NCBI RefSeq assembly: GCF_009914755.1
Contig: NC_060947.1
DNA: 64,000 bases
Source of the DNA: the human T2T-CHM13v2.0 reference genome, Homo sapiens
Direction: 5' to 3' (one strand)
Shown piece after piece: positions 25,523 through 43,537 of this stretch. Each line of letters opens with the position of its first letter. Position 1 is the stretch's first letter. The notes under the pieces were generated by a model. It was not told the origin of the DNA. It did not search any database and worked only from the letters and a program-made list of their open reading frames with translations. The position numbers and the translations under genes were made by a program.

Positions 25523-26268
25523 TGTAACCACCCAATGGGTTCACCTTGCCAATGGGTTCACCTTGCCCGCTGCCTAGACACAGCCAATTTATCAAGACAG
25601 GGGAAATGCAATGGAGAAAGAGTAATTCACTCAGAGCCGGCTGTGTGGGAGACTGGAGTTTTTTTATTACTTGAATCAGTCTCCCCAAGCATTTGGGGAT
25701 AGGAATTTTTAAAGATAATTTGGCAGGTAGGGGGTTGGGAAGTGGAGAGTGCTGATTGGTCAGGTTGGAGACGGAATCACGGGGGGTCAAAGTGAGGTTT
25801 TCTTGCTGTCTTCTGTTCCCGAGTAGGATTGCAGAACAGATTGAGCCAGATTACCGGTCTGGATGGTGTCAGCTGATCCATCTAGTGCAGGGTCTGAAAA
25901 TATCTCAAGCACTGATTTTAGGCTTTACGATAGTTACGTTATCCCCAGGAGCAATTTGGGGAGATTCAGACTCTTGGAGCCAGAGGCTGCATGACTCCTA
26001 AACTGTAATTTCTAATCTTGTAGCTAATTTGTTAGTCCTGCAAAGGCGGACTGGTTCCCGAGCAAGAAGAGGGTCTTTTTGGGAAAGGCCTATTACCAAT
26101 TTTGTTTCAGAGTGAAACCATGAAATGAATTCCTTCCCAGTTAGTTCGGCCTACACTCAGGAATTAACGAGGACAGCTTAAAGGTTAGAAGCAACATGGA
26201 GTCAATTAGGTCTGATCTCTTTCACTGTCATCATTTCCTCAGTTATAATTTTTGCAAAGGCTGTTTCA
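25523..26268 (-). mobile_element. LTR8 solo LTR
   Basis: Runs tgtaaccacccaatggg...gcaaaggctgtttca; 4-bp TSD TCTT at 25519-25522 and 26269-26272; 17-bp tandem duplication at 25532-25565. Confidence 0.88.
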
Positions 26269-26537
26269 TCTTGAGTTCTGTCAAGGGAAATTCCAGGTAG
26301 CTAGCTCTGAGAAGTAAATGAGCAACTAGATAAGCAAAAAGGGAATAGTAGCTTAAAACAATAGGCAAGGATGTTACAGTCATGGGCTGTTTGGTTCCCT
26401 ATAGAAACTAAAGATAACATCTTAATATACATCCCTGAGTTGTTTTTCAGAAACCTGGACCCCCACCAAATAGATCTGCTGGCACATAAACCTCAGATAA
26501 GGGGGAATGGAGGACTGAACTCTGACTACCATTCTTT

Positions 26538-26734
26538 TTTTTTTTTTTTTTTTTAATTATACATTAAGTTTTAGGGTACATGTACACAATGTGCAGGTTA
26601 GTTACATATGTATACATGTGCCATGCTGGTGCGCTGCACCGACTAACTTGTCATCTAGCATTAGGTATATCTCCCACTGCTATCCCTCCCCCTCCCCCCA
26701 CCCCACAACAGTCCCCAGAGTGTGATGTTCCCCT
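26538..26734 (-). mobile_element. Very short L1PA2/L1PA3-type 3' end
   Basis: Poly-T plus L1 3'UTR; TSD TACCATTCTTT at 26527-26537 and 26735-26745. Confidence 0.9.
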
Positions 26735-27631
26735 TACCATTCTTTGTTCTAAAGTTCTTTTGGGGGCTCCTGGAGGAAGTCAGACCCACAAGCCAGGGTT
26801 AACATTCTTTTCTGCCGACCCAAAATTTTTAAACAAAGATTATCTTTCTTAACCAATTGCAAATCAGAAAATCTTTGAATCTGCCTATGATCTGTAAGTC
26901 CCTGCTTGGAATTAGCCCACCTCTTGAGATCAAACCAATGTATAATCTTCATGTATTGATTTAAGATTTTGCCTATAACTTCTGCACTCCTGAAATTTTC
27001 CTCTGCCTTTAAAAACCCTTGCTTGTAAGCCATCAGGGAGGTCGGGTCTTAAGCATGAGCTGCCTTGTTTGATGCCCTGCAAATAAACATCCTTCTTTTT
27101 CCTTCTGTAAACCTTGGTGTGGATATTTGCCCTTACTGTGCCAGGTGAGCAGACCCTAGTTTGGTTCCGTAACACAAATGGTTGAAATTCACAGTTAGCG
27201 TGGAGGTATCTTATATAGTGCCTCCAACCCTTTTGCCACAGTGCCACAGTGTCAAAGTACCAGGTGGAAATTTGTTCTTACCTTAAGACTGTAACTGTTT
27301 TAAGAAAGTGTTTCTGAACAATGAAATAGCTATCTGGTAGAAGGAACAGAAAAAAACCCCTGAAATCTTAGGTAACTCATAATCCAGGCAGGCAGTGAGA
27401 TATTTTAAGTCTCATTCCCTCTGTTGGTTGTCATTTTTACCTAGTATTTGTTAAGGCCCCCAATGGATTGGATGATGTTTGACATCAAACGCAATTGCCT
27501 GAATCAATTTTAAAATCTCATCAGTATGTCAGTCCCATTTATGCAGCAGACATAGAATACGAAGGCCTCTTACAGCCATTATAAATAGATGATAAGGAAG
27601 TTTATCAGCTACTGGAGGTGAAGAGGACATG

Positions 27632-27680
27632 ATCTCTCTCTTCTCCCTCTTTCCCTCTCTCTCTCTCTGTTTCTCTAACA

Positions 27681-27713
<33 letters not shown>
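27632..27713. repeat. CT-rich tract followed by (CA)n microsatellite
   Basis: Seen directly in the sequence. Confidence 0.9.
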
Positions 27714-27715
<2 letters not shown>

Positions 27716-28152
27716 CTGGAAAACATGAGCTTCCTTGCCTAAATCTCCATGGAATGACTCCTACCTTGAAGCAGCACCAACCTGACAATAATGCAATCAG
27801 TGATGTTATTTGAGGGGGTCTGAGAAAGACTTCCTCTCCCCCATTCAAAAACAACTCCTTCCCTAGACACAAAATCTCCATAAACTTCTTAAGCATAAAT
27901 GCAGCAATCGTAAGGAAATGTCTTTAAAATGAACACAAAATGCTCTTGTAAGTGACAGGGTATTATGTTTTAACTATGCAGTTTCCCCTAAGTGCCTGGT
28001 ACAACAAAGTAAAGTGTTATGAGTCACGCAAGTTTTAAGTTTGGTCCTGGGTCTCCTTTTTTCTATCCACACTTATCTCCCTAGGGACTCAGGGGAGAAA
28101 GAATGCCTTGAGTAATAAATTTGGCCCTCATTGCCATTTAGTGGTATTCAAA

Positions 28153-28370
28153 GCCATGGTAATGAATGGGCTTAATGCAATGTCCCCCAGGAGACGTGGA
28201 GCAAAGTCCAGAGACATTTGTGATTGTCGTAATTGGGAGATTTGCTATTGGAATCTAGTAGGTAGAGACCAGGGATGCTGCTCAACATCCTACAATGCAC
28301 AGACAACCTCCTCTCAACAAAGAAATTATCTGGCCCAAAAGGTCAATAGTACTGATTTTGAGAAACCCTG
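28153..28370. mobile_element. MER20 hAT-Charlie element
   Basis: gtagagaccagggatgctgctcaacatcctacaatgcacagac...ttgagaaaccctg. Confidence 0.85.
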
Positions 28371-28387
28371 ACTTAAGTATATCTATT

Positions 28388-29452
28388 GTATCAGTTAATA
28401 ATTATTTTTCTGCTGGCATATAACAGAAACTTCTGAAAGGGTGGCTTAGACATAGAAGGCAATTATGGGATTTTTTTTTCTAGTAACAAAAAGAAGGAGT
28501 CCAGAGGTAACCAGTTCAGGACTGGTATTGCTTTAAAGGCAGTCACGAAATATCAAGACATCTTTGAGCTTCCTGCTCTCCATCTGTAATATTTGGCTAT
28601 TATGTCTGTGTGGGCCAAGGCCCTTGGCGCCCTAAAGGTTGGCTGAAAAATCACTGACATAAGACAGATTGATTAATAAGAAAAAAGGCATACAAATATA
28701 TTTAATGTACACAAGGGCACCTTCAGAATGAAGACCCAAACTCCCACTGAGATACAAAAGCTAATATACCATCTTGAGGTTATGGAAAGAATGGAGGCAT
28801 GGATCCTGGTAAAACAGGTTATGAGAGGGGGAGAAGAGGAATTCCATTGAGGGGATTACTACTGAAAATGAATGGATCCAGGAACAGAGATTAATTTGTA
28901 AATATTTCTCCTTGGAATTTAAATTATCTTTGGAGATAGTCATTATACTTGTAAACTATTCTGCTCAGGTGTGGTCACATCTTGGTCTTCTTTTCTGCAG
29001 TAGACTATGACATAACAGAGAAGGGAAGAAAAAAACTTCAACTTCTTGGGAGACATGGTGATGGAGACAGGGAGGTCAGAGAGACCTTGAGGCCTCTTCA
29101 CTTAAGCATGTCAAAATGCCATACTTTGGGGTATTGGTTTCTGAGTCCTAACATCCTCATGGACACAAGGAGGCTGCTGAACCTTCAACCATCATATACA
29201 AGAATAATTAGGGCGAGCAAAGGGCAAATGATGCAAACCAGCAATGTCTGCCCCTTTTTGTCAGAAAAACAATAGCTTTTCCAGAATCCCTGTTTGATAG
29301 CATTCCTCTTTTCTCTCTCTTTCTTATTAGACAGAATGGAGTTTCATAACCACCCTTAACAGAAAGGGAGTCTGTGAAAGTTGGACTGTTAGCTAGGTAT
29401 ATTGTCCCTTTAAACAATATCAAGGTGCTATTTATATGGATAAATGTGAGCA
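28388..29452 (-). mobile_element. Old MLT1 (J/K-like) LTR interrupted by an ERV1 LTR
   Basis: tgtatcagtta...taacagaaac and agtccagaggtaaccagttcagg; resumes after 29153. Confidence 0.55.
28607..29153 (-). mobile_element. MER39-like ERV1 solo LTR
   Basis: Reverse complement starts tgttaggactcagaaaccaataccccaaagtatggc. Confidence 0.7.
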
Positions 29453-29531
29453 TGCATATATTGGGTAGACAACTAGCAATATCTGCCTCACCTACACACT
29501 TTGAAATGAATTTTGGAAGGCTAAAGAGTGT

Positions 29532-30601
<1,070 letters not shown>

Positions 30602-30916
30602 GTGCTCAGTTCTTTGATTAGAAGAATATATAAAAGTATCTTTACATAAAATTTAAGAGCATGTGCTATTTTAAGAAATGATTATATGAACTGGATTAAC
30701 TATAATACTGTACTACAGATGTGCTGAGAAGCTGAATTTCAAGTATGTTAGTATGGTAGTCACGTTACATTATGTTATGTTGTGGTAGTAAGTGAACCCT
30801 CAAATTGCAGTGGCCTACATCAACAAAGATTAGCTCTCATGTCACCTGACTGTTATATATTATTGCTGGCTCTGTCTTCATTCTGGAACCCAGACAGATA
30901 GAAAAGCCATCAGTAG

Positions 30917-31493
30917 TGAAGGAAATAAAAATATTTCATACCAAAATATATTTCTTTGAGATGGCTGTTTAAAGGGCCTGCAAACAGAAGCAGCCCTGAG
31001 AAGCTGTCTTTTGTGAAGATTTGCATCTATAGAGAAAATCTGCATTGATGCAGGCAGGCTTTCTCTGAGGCTTTCCTTTGTCTGGATTTAGAAAATACGA
31101 ACAGAGAGTCTGACATCTTTATAGGTCTGAAAGAATCATTTACTATCTATTATCTCTGAGGGTTGCTACCTGTGAGGTTTCATCTACATAACAAGACCAC
31201 CTTTGCTAGCCAGGCCTCCTCTTCTCTCCCTCATAACTAGTCTTACTACCATAACCTGATTTGCCACCATAACCTGTTTTGGGCCATGCTCTGAGCCCCC
31301 ATTCTTTCTGTAACCTGAAGAAGATATAGAATCTTCTATATCCCATTGAGGGGAGGGTTGAGTAATCACTGTGGTTCTCCCCATACATGTTAATAAATTT
31401 GTATGCCTTTTCTCCTGTTAATCTGCCTTTTTTCAATTGATTTCTCCATGAACCTTCGGAAGGCAAAGGGAAAGTTTTCCCTTGCCCCTTACA
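30917..31493 (+). mobile_element. MER34-family solo LTR inserted in an older MLT1-like LTR (~30745-31790)
   Basis: Runs tgaaggaaataaaaatattt...ccccttaca; 4-bp TSD GTAG at 30913-30916 and 31494-31497. Confidence 0.8.
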
Positions 31494-31943
31494 GTAGCAA
31501 AATGACCACTGGCCATTAGACATGGCCATTAAAACATTGCCATTAGACATGACAAAAAGAAAAGGCATGGTGCCTCACATGATTACCTTTAAAGCTTCTG
31601 TTTGGATGTGACTCATGTAATCTCCATCTGTATTTTGTTGGCGAATGGAAACCTTATGACCTCTCTGAAGTTCACTAGAGTGGGGATGTATAAATCCTCC
31701 CACTGGGCTCTCCCAGTGGGAGGGAAGAAAACCAGACAGACACATTTGGCCATAGTTAGATGTTCTCCTTGGTGTATAACACTTTATAATAGGGCTAACA
31801 TGGCCCAATTCTATTTCATAGATTCTCCTCCCCATAACAAAAATAGAGTGTAGCAATTATTTAAAAGCCACATGTAGAAAAACCACAATGCACCATCTTC
31901 ATCATTCATTCAATGGATACTTATTCATTTTGTAATTCACATT

Positions 31944-32554
31944 TGTGCAGAACCTGTTGGGTTCTTCTTGCCCACCACACAGATAAAGCCAATTCATTGA
32001 GACCAAAGTATGGCAGTAGAGAAAGAAAGAGTTTGATAATTGCAGGGCCAGCCAAGTGGAAGGATGGGAGACATTTCTCGAATCTGCCTCCCTAAAAGCA
32101 TGGAGGCTAGGGTTTTTCAATAATATTTAGTGGTCAGAGGGCTAGGGAATGGAGAATGCTAATTGGTTGGGTCGAGGATGAAATCATAGGGTCTGGAAAG
32201 TAACTCAAACACCAATCTTAGGTTTTACAATAGTGATATTAGCTATAGGAGCAATTGGGGAGTTTTTAAATGTTGTAATCTCCAGCTATATGACTCCTAA
32301 ACCACAATTCTAACCTTATGGTTAATTTGTTAGTTTTACAAAGGCAGTTGCAGTCACTGAGCAACGATGGGATTCGTTTTGGGAAGGAACTGTTATCATC
32401 TTTGTTTTAAAGTTAAACTGTATACTAAATTCCTCCCATAGTTAGCTTGGCCCATACCCGGGAATGAATAAGGGCAACTTGGAAGTTAGAAGCAAGATGG
32501 AGCCAGTTAGGTCAGATTTTTCTCACTGTTATAATTTTTGAAAAGGTAGTTTCA
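31944..32554 (-). mobile_element. LTR8-group solo LTR
   Basis: gggttcttcttgccc...gaagcaagatggagccagttagg...gaaaaggtagtttca; homologous to 25523-26268. Confidence 0.8.
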
Positions 32555-32794
32555 ATTTTCTTCTATGGGCTAGGCACTTTGTTAGTCACAAGAAATTCTT
32601 TAGCTACAGGAAGAATCAAACAATCACTTAGAATACAGGGTGAGTAAGTACTGTGCTAGTGGGATGCACAGGCAGAGAAAGGGAATATAACTCAGACTGA
32701 ATGACTCATGGAAATATTCCCAAATGAGGTGACATTTAAAAATGTTTTTGAAGGTTGGTTAAAGATTATCTAGGGAAAAAAGAAGGAAAACAGC

Positions 32795-33170
32795 AAGCAA
32801 TACTTAATGGTGAAACATTAAAGCTTCTTCATTGTGATTGGGCAGAAAACCCAGTGTGCCAACTGTCACGATTCCTATTCAACATCGTGCAGTGCAATGA
32901 GGCAAAATAAAGAAATAAAAGGTATGAGGATTCTAAAGGGAGAAACAAAACTATTTTGTAATGATGCAGACATTTTTAAACATTATAGTTGTTTGCATAG
33001 ATAATCCAAAAGCATCTATATTAGAATTTATAAGTGAACTTAGCAATATTTCTATATATAAAATCAGCATATAAAATACATTGAATTTCTACATACTAGT
33101 AACAAACGCTTAGAAAATAAAATGTTTTCAAAGCGATGCCATTTATGACAGGATAGAAACATCAAGTACT
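32795..33170 (+). mobile_element. Old L1M ORF2 (RT region) fragment
   Basis: caatacttaatggtgaaac...cctattcaacatcgtg...aaagaaataaaagg. Confidence 0.7.
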
Positions 33171-33441
33171 GAGGAGGGCAGCCAAGATGGCCGAATAGGA
33201 ACAGCTCTGGTCTACAGCTCCCAGTGTGAGTGATGCAGAAGACAGGTGATTTCTGCATTTCCATCTGAGGTACCAGGTTCATCTCACCAGGGAGTGCCAG
33301 ATACTGGGTGCAGGACAGTGGGTGCAGCGCACCGTGCGCGAGCCGAAGAAGGGTGAGGCATTGCCTCACTCGGGAAGCACAAGGTGTCAGGGAGTTCCCT
33401 TTCCTAGTCAAAGAAAGGGGTGACAGACGGCACCTGGAAAA

Positions 33442-33624
33442 TCAGGTCACTCCCGCCCTAATACTGCGCTTTTCCGACGGGCTTAAAAAACGGCGCACCA
33501 GGAGATTATATCCCACACATGGCTCGGAGGGTCCTACGCACACGGAGTCTCGCTGATTGCTAGCACAGCAGTCTGAGATCAAACTGCAAGGCGGCAGCGA
33601 GGCTGGGGGAAGGGCACCCGCCAT
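33442..33624 (-). pseudogene. L1 ORF0 (antisense), truncated to 60 aa
   Basis: MAGALPPASLPPCSLISDCCASNQRDSV...IRAGVT*; ATG at 33624. Confidence 0.75.
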
Positions 33625-34203
33625 TGCCCAGGCTTGCTTAGGTAAACAAAGCAGCTGAGAAGCTCCAACTGGGTGGAGCCCACCACAGCTCAAGGAGGCC
33701 TGCCTGCCTCTGTAGGCTCCACCTCTGGGGGCAGGGCACAGACAAACAAAAAGACAGCAGTAACCTCTGCAGACTTAAATGTCCCTGTCTGACAGCTTTG
33801 AAGAGAGCAGTGGTTCTCCCAGCACGCAGCTGGAGATCTGGGAACAGGCAGACTGCCTCCTCAAGTGGGTCCCTGACCCCTGACCCCCGAGCAGCCTAAC
33901 TGAGAGGCACCCCCCAGTAGGGGCAGACTGACACCTCACATGGCCAGGTACTCCTCTGAGACAAAACTTCCAGAGGAACGATCAGACAGCAGCATTCGCG
34001 GTTCACGAAAATCCGCTGATATGCAGCCACCGCTGCTGATACCCAGGCAAACAGGGTCTGGAGTGGACTTCTAGCAAACTCCAACAGACCTGCAGCTGAG
34101 GGTCCTGTTAGAAGGAAAACTAACAAACAGAAAGGACATCCACACCAAAAACCCATCTGTACATCACCATCATCAAAGACCAAAAGTAGATAAAACCACA
34201 AAG

Positions 34204-35220
34204 ATGGGGAAAAGACAGAGCAGAAAAACTGGAAACTCTAAAAAGCAGAGCGCCTCTCCTCCTCCAAAGGAACACAGTTCCTCATTAGCAATGGAACAAA
34301 GCTGGACAGAGAATGACTTTGACAAGTTGAGAGAAGAAGGCTTCAGACGATCAAACTACTCCGAGCTACGGGAGGAAATTCAAACCAAAGGCAAAGAAGT
34401 TAAAAACTGTGAAAAACATTTAGACGAATGTATAACTAGAATAACCAATACAGAGAAGTGCTTAAAGGAGCTGATGGACCTGAAAGCCAAGGCTCGAGAA
34501 CTACGTGAAGAATGCAGAAGCCTCAGGAGCGGATGCGATTAACTGGAAGAAAGGGTATCAGTGATGGAACATGAAATGAATGAAATGAAGCGACAAGGGA
34601 AGTTTAGAGAAAAAAGAATAAAAAGAAACAAACACAGCCTCCAAGAAATATGGGACTATGTGAAAAGACCAAATCTACATCTGATTGGTGTACCTGAAAG
34701 TGATGGGGAGAATGGAACCAAGTTGGAAAACACTCTGCAGGATATTATCCAGGAGAACTTCCCCAGTCTAGCAAGGCAGGCCAACATTCAGATTCAGGAA
34801 ATACAGAGAATGCCACAAAGATACTCCTCGAGCAGAACAACTTGAAGACACATAATTATCAGATTCACCAAAGTTGAAATGAAGGAAAAAATGGTAAGGG
34901 TAGCCAGAGAGAAAGGTCGGGTTACCCACAAAGGCAAGCCCATCAGACTAACAGCAGATCTCTTGGCAGAAACTCTACAAGCCAGAAGAGAGTGGGGGCC
35001 AATATTCAACATTCTTAAAGAAAAGAATTTTCAACCCAGAATTTCATATCCAGCCACACTAAGCTTCATAAGTGAAGGAGAAATAAAATACTTTACAGAC
35101 AAGCAAATGCTGAGAGATTTTGTCACCACCAGGCCTGCCCTAAAAGAGCTCCTGAAGGAAGCACTAAACATGGAAAGGAACAACTGGTACCAGCCACTGC
35201 AAAATCATGCCAAATTGTAA
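34204..35220 (+). pseudogene. L1 ORF1p, disrupted
   Basis: MGKRQSRKTGNSK...QNHAKL; in-frame stops at 34540-34542 and 34843-34845. Confidence 0.95.
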
Positions 35221-35283
35221 AGACCATCGAGGCTAGGAAGAAACTGCATCAACTAATGAGCAAAATAACCAGCTAACATCATA

Positions 35284-39110
<3,827 letters not shown>

Positions 39111-40644
39111 ACAATGAGAACACATGGACACAGGAAGGGGAACATCACACTCTGGGGACTGTTGTGTGGTGGGGGGAGGGGGGAGGGATAGCATTAGGAG
39201 ATATACCTAATGCTAAATGACGAGTTAATGGGTGCAGCACACCAGCATGGCACATGTATACATATGTAACTAACCTGCACATTGTGCACATGTACCCGAA
39301 AACTTAAAGTATAATAATAATAAAAACAAACAAACAAAATAATACACCAACCTTTCCTTTAACATTTATTGTAATGGAATAATAATGGTATTTGTGAAAT
39401 GGTCTAAAATATAGTATAGAAGTTCTGGGTACATATTGACTTATTATTACAGATGAGAGAGCCATGATATTTTCATTTAGGTAACCTCAAAATTAAGCTT
39501 TGGTGCAGCCACGTCCTTTGGAAGAATTAGACCATTCTATAGCACTGCAAACCACCATTTTTATTTATTTATTTGTTGCTGTCACCAAAATTGAATTTAT
39601 TTCAAAAGTCACATTATTGTACTTCCAGACAAGAGGACCATAGCTTTGTTTCTATCACTCCATAGCTAGTACTATTTAATAAAAACCTAAAAATATACTG
39701 AAGCCATTTTCATATCCTTTTGTTTCAGGCTTATTGTGGTGGATCCAAAGAGTAAATATGCCATTCCTTATTGAAGCAGAAAGCACAACTGCAATCCTCC
39801 ATGTCATTCATGCAGCAAGCACATCCTGTATCTTTGGCAGGATCCTTAGGTTATATGAACACCATTTTGCTCATTTGCTGGGCACTACACACATTGATTC
39901 ACTGTGATTTTGAGTTAGAAGGAAGCCTAGTGATCATTTACTGTAATCCTCTAATTTTAGCATGGCAGGAAGTGAGGCTTGGAAAAGCGATAAAACTTTC
40001 CCACAGCTACACAGACAGTGACGGAGCCACTAACTACCTGCAGAGTTACATTGAAATACAAGTTACTGTTCACTGGAGGCAAGTGGCAAAAAAATTTTTT
40101 GGACTAAACCCTTAGATAAGCTACCATTGGTGCAATTCAATGGGCACTAAACAAAAAAAGATCATTTGTGAAAGTTCTCATTGGTGAGATTAAGCCTTCT
40201 GAAGACTATCCATGAGTAAAAATAAGCACTTGCCTCCAGTGAACAGCAACTTGTATTTCAACGTAACGCTCCACCTTTCTCCCTCTTCTCAGCAGTCAAT
40301 TTTTAAATCTTTCAGGAAAACTTTGGGGTAATTGTGAAGAGCAGACGTTCCAGGGTCAGAAAGTTATAAATTGAAATTCTGACTCTGCTCTTAACTCTGT
40401 GTTGGGATTATTCTTGGAGCTATTGACAAGGTTCCCTCTGCATTTCCTGGTACTTCTTGACCTTTCCCTGGTTAAATAGATAACTTTTAGTCAAAGGGAA
40501 GAGATGATATAGGAAAAGAGCAAAGAAAAGCATTTGAATTTTAAAAGTTCAGGCTTTGGGGCTGTAGAGTCCTAAACAGCTTTGAGGGGCCTTACGGAAT
40601 AGATAAAGCATGGTGGCTTAATAATGAGATTAAAAATACTTCTG

Positions 40645-40961
40645 GGATCTCAAAAACCTGATGCTGAGTGAAAAAAGCCAGATACAAGAGTACATATTAT
40701 GTGATTCCATTGATATGAAGTTACAAATCTAGACAAAACTAATATATACTGATAAAAATAAGAAAAGTAGTTGGGGATGGGGATCAACTGGAAAGGAGCA
40801 TGAAAAAGCCTTGGAGAGTGATGGAAATGTTCTATATTGTAATATGGGTGTGAGTTACACAACTGTAAACATTGACCAAAGCTTATTGAATTGTATACTT
40901 AAAATCTGTGCATTTTAATGTCTGTAAATTATACCTCAACAAGTAATGTTTAAAAAATAAA
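40645..40961 (+). mobile_element. L1ME/L1MB-type 3' end
   Basis: atgctgagtgaaaaaagccag...gtgatggaaatgttctata...gtaaattatacctcaa. Confidence 0.8.
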
Positions 40962-42537
40962 AGATTCCTTATCAATCCCTTGGGACATTGATAAGGAAAG
41001 AATCAGTAAGGAAGCAAATACAGCTTATAGAGTGGGAATGGTGCTGTTCTCTGGAAAGCAGAATGTCTCTAAGACCTGTGCCTGCCCTTCCCTGAGGGAC
41101 TATTGGAGAAAGAGGGAGGACAGAAAGCAGAAGACAACTGGGCAAGTCTGAGAGCAATGGGGTTCTTGCCCCACTTTCTCAGGCAAAAGCAGGTAAAGTG
41201 GCAAGACCCTAGAGTAAAAAAAGTTTGCATGGGATGTCCAGGCAGATGCTACAAGAATGTTTTCTTGGTAACCAAGAGCAGTTGAAATATGGCATTGAGA
41301 GCTAGGACCCCTGGAAAGACTAAGTGAAATGGGGCATCTTGCATGGACTAACAACTGAAAACCACAGAAACAAAAGCATATCTCTGCAGATCCAGCAGGA
41401 ATAGATGATTACATGGAGGCTCATGCTTCCTTCCTCAACAGTGCCTTTACTGCCATGTAGCACCCTCTTCCACTAAAATCAGACACATGCTTGGGAAAAA
41501 TGAGATTACATTTTTCACCACCCCATAGACTCTAAAGCTCATAATAGAAATAAAGCTGTCAATATAAAATAAAGCTGCATTTCATAGACATCTGTTGTTG
41601 GACTAGAATACGTCATCATGTCATCCCTACCAAGCCACGTGACCAAAGACAGGTAACAAAGTCACTTAGAATATGGCAACAGTACTATTTACTTTGCAGA
41701 GCTGTTGCAAGGAGTTAAGATACAACATGCAAGTAGCTTATGCACAGCTATGTGTTAAGTTTCTAATAATATTACTCCAGAAAAAATTCCCCAGCATTAT
41801 TTAGCATCATCAGAGACTCTCTTTGCTAAATTGTTTTCTATACATAGACATACCAGATGCTGCTAGTGGAGCAAGAGTAGAGTTTTCCTGCATGAAGATA
41901 AAAATAAGAGAGTAATTATAATTTATACATCCAATGTATATTTGTTGCACTTCAACCATACAGCCATGCAAACAACAGCACAGGAAAGCCATGGTAAGAA
42001 TGGTGAAGCTAAATGGGATAAAAGTGGCAATTATGTGGATTGCCAAATATCAACTGCCACCACCACCCCCTAACGCAGCTATTTTTTCACTCAAAGAGGC
42101 AGAAAATATCAGAAGAAAAACTGAGCACTACAACTCTACCCTGAGGATGGTTGCTTTTGGTTTTAGCCAGTGGTTTGGTTCTGTTCTAGATTAAATTAGT
42201 CATAGAATCTAAAATCCATGAGAAAAATGGGCCCCTCTGAGGTTTGACACAGTTCTACCACTCACCCAGTTTCTAAATAGGGGGCCTCCAAGCAGGGGGG
42301 CCTCCAAACAGGGGGCTCCCAAGCATATCAGTGTCCTGAGCTGCCACCTGCCACACAGTCAGCTCATTAAGTTCCTTCTGGATTTTTGCAGACTAACAAG
42401 ACATTCATAACTATGTAATGTAATGTCCACTCAACTGTCCATAAACTTAGAAATGTTACTGCAAGAGAAATGACCACCATTAATCAGTGAATCCAGTGCT
42501 GTTTTCCAACCTTTACTATCATGGTAGACACTAGAAG

Positions 42538-42977
42538 ATGTATAACCCAGACTCTACTTCAAGGAAGGACTTATCCCAGTTTCTGGAGGCCAGCAGACAG
42601 TCTTCAGCTGTCATTCCCTTCAGGAATTTCCTTGGCTACAGACAATTCCATCGCCCAAGGTCATGCACTTCCCAGGACTACGCACAGACAATAATGGATT
42701 TATGCATCAGTATCAGGACCTGGCCACCTTGACCCAACAGGAAACAATCCTGAAGGGTCATTTTAGTTATAAAACTCCTGGTTAGGTAAGCCAAGGCTCT
42801 GTATGGTTCTGCATGCCAGGTCAACTTTCCCCTTGCCCAATTCTGTTTCCTCCTTTTCTCTTCCCTTTCCTTCCCTTTTTTTCCACAGGTGTTGATCCCA
42901 AGAGCATCCCTTTAAAAATATCCTGCACCCTAAATTTCATGTTAGAATCTGCTTCCCAGAAAACTAAACCTTTGACA
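42538..42977 (+). mobile_element. LTR16-like ERVL solo LTR
   Basis: tcgcccaaggtcatgc...ccacaggtgttgatcccaagagca...tctgcttcccag...tgaca. Confidence 0.7.
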
Positions 42978-43136
42978 GCTATAAGATAAATATCTTGGGT
43001 TGGAGACATCAAGGAGATCCAATGTGCCTCAAATTATATATATATTTTGAAAAGCTACCACAATAGTCAGTCTTACCTCCAGTTTTGCTTCACAGGGTTA
43101 AATTTAAATCCAGATAAACATAACCATCTGCAGATG

Positions 43137-43537
43137 TGTTGGGAGACAATTTCCCATGGGTCTCTCATATTTCTACACACTTTGCAAGTAGAGAAACTGA
43201 CAGCCCTTTTCCTGGACTATCTTTTCAATGATGATTGTATAGTCAACAGCCTTGGAAAATGAAGATAGTGTCTCTCTGGAGGAAGAGTAGGTTTGTTTCC
43301 TAAGTAGTATAATAAAGAGACTGTCTCTCTCTGGGGCAAAGGTGAAGCAAGTTTGCTTGCAGTCCATCATAAAAAATAGGAGTTCCCCAACTTGATGTTT
43401 TTCAGCAGTGATATAAGCCTACTGTATGTGCAGGATTCACCTAGGCTGTTTCATGTTCCCCCAAAAAGACTTCTGGGGCAAGAGGAACCAAGACAAACAT
43501 GAAGCCCATGCTGTTTGCCATGCTATGAATAATAAAG
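43137..43537 (+). mobile_element. LTR40-like ERVL LTR (partial)
   Basis: tgttgggagacaatttcccatgggtctctc...ggactatcttttcaa. Confidence 0.7.

Larger units (their letters stand above)
25454..27174 (+). mobile_element. MER66-like ERV1 LTR interrupted by LTR8 and an L1PA fragment
   Basis: tgagacagagcagggg...ggaaaatctt resumes at gagttc (26273); ends ttggttccgtaaca. Confidence 0.7.

Noticed and set aside
28153-29153. MER20 next to a MER39-like LTR, reminiscent of the decidual prolactin promoter
   Set aside because: I see no prolactin coding exon within several kb on either side, both families are common, and the MER39 call is uncertain
39709-39730. Polypyrimidine-CAG splice acceptor-like sites here and near 11228 and 13199
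   Set aside because: No matching donor or coding frame that I can support; non-coding exons cannot be excluded without RNA data
42279-42325. Three imperfect 15-16 bp copies of agggggcctccaagc
   Set aside because: Small local slippage duplication with no further structure
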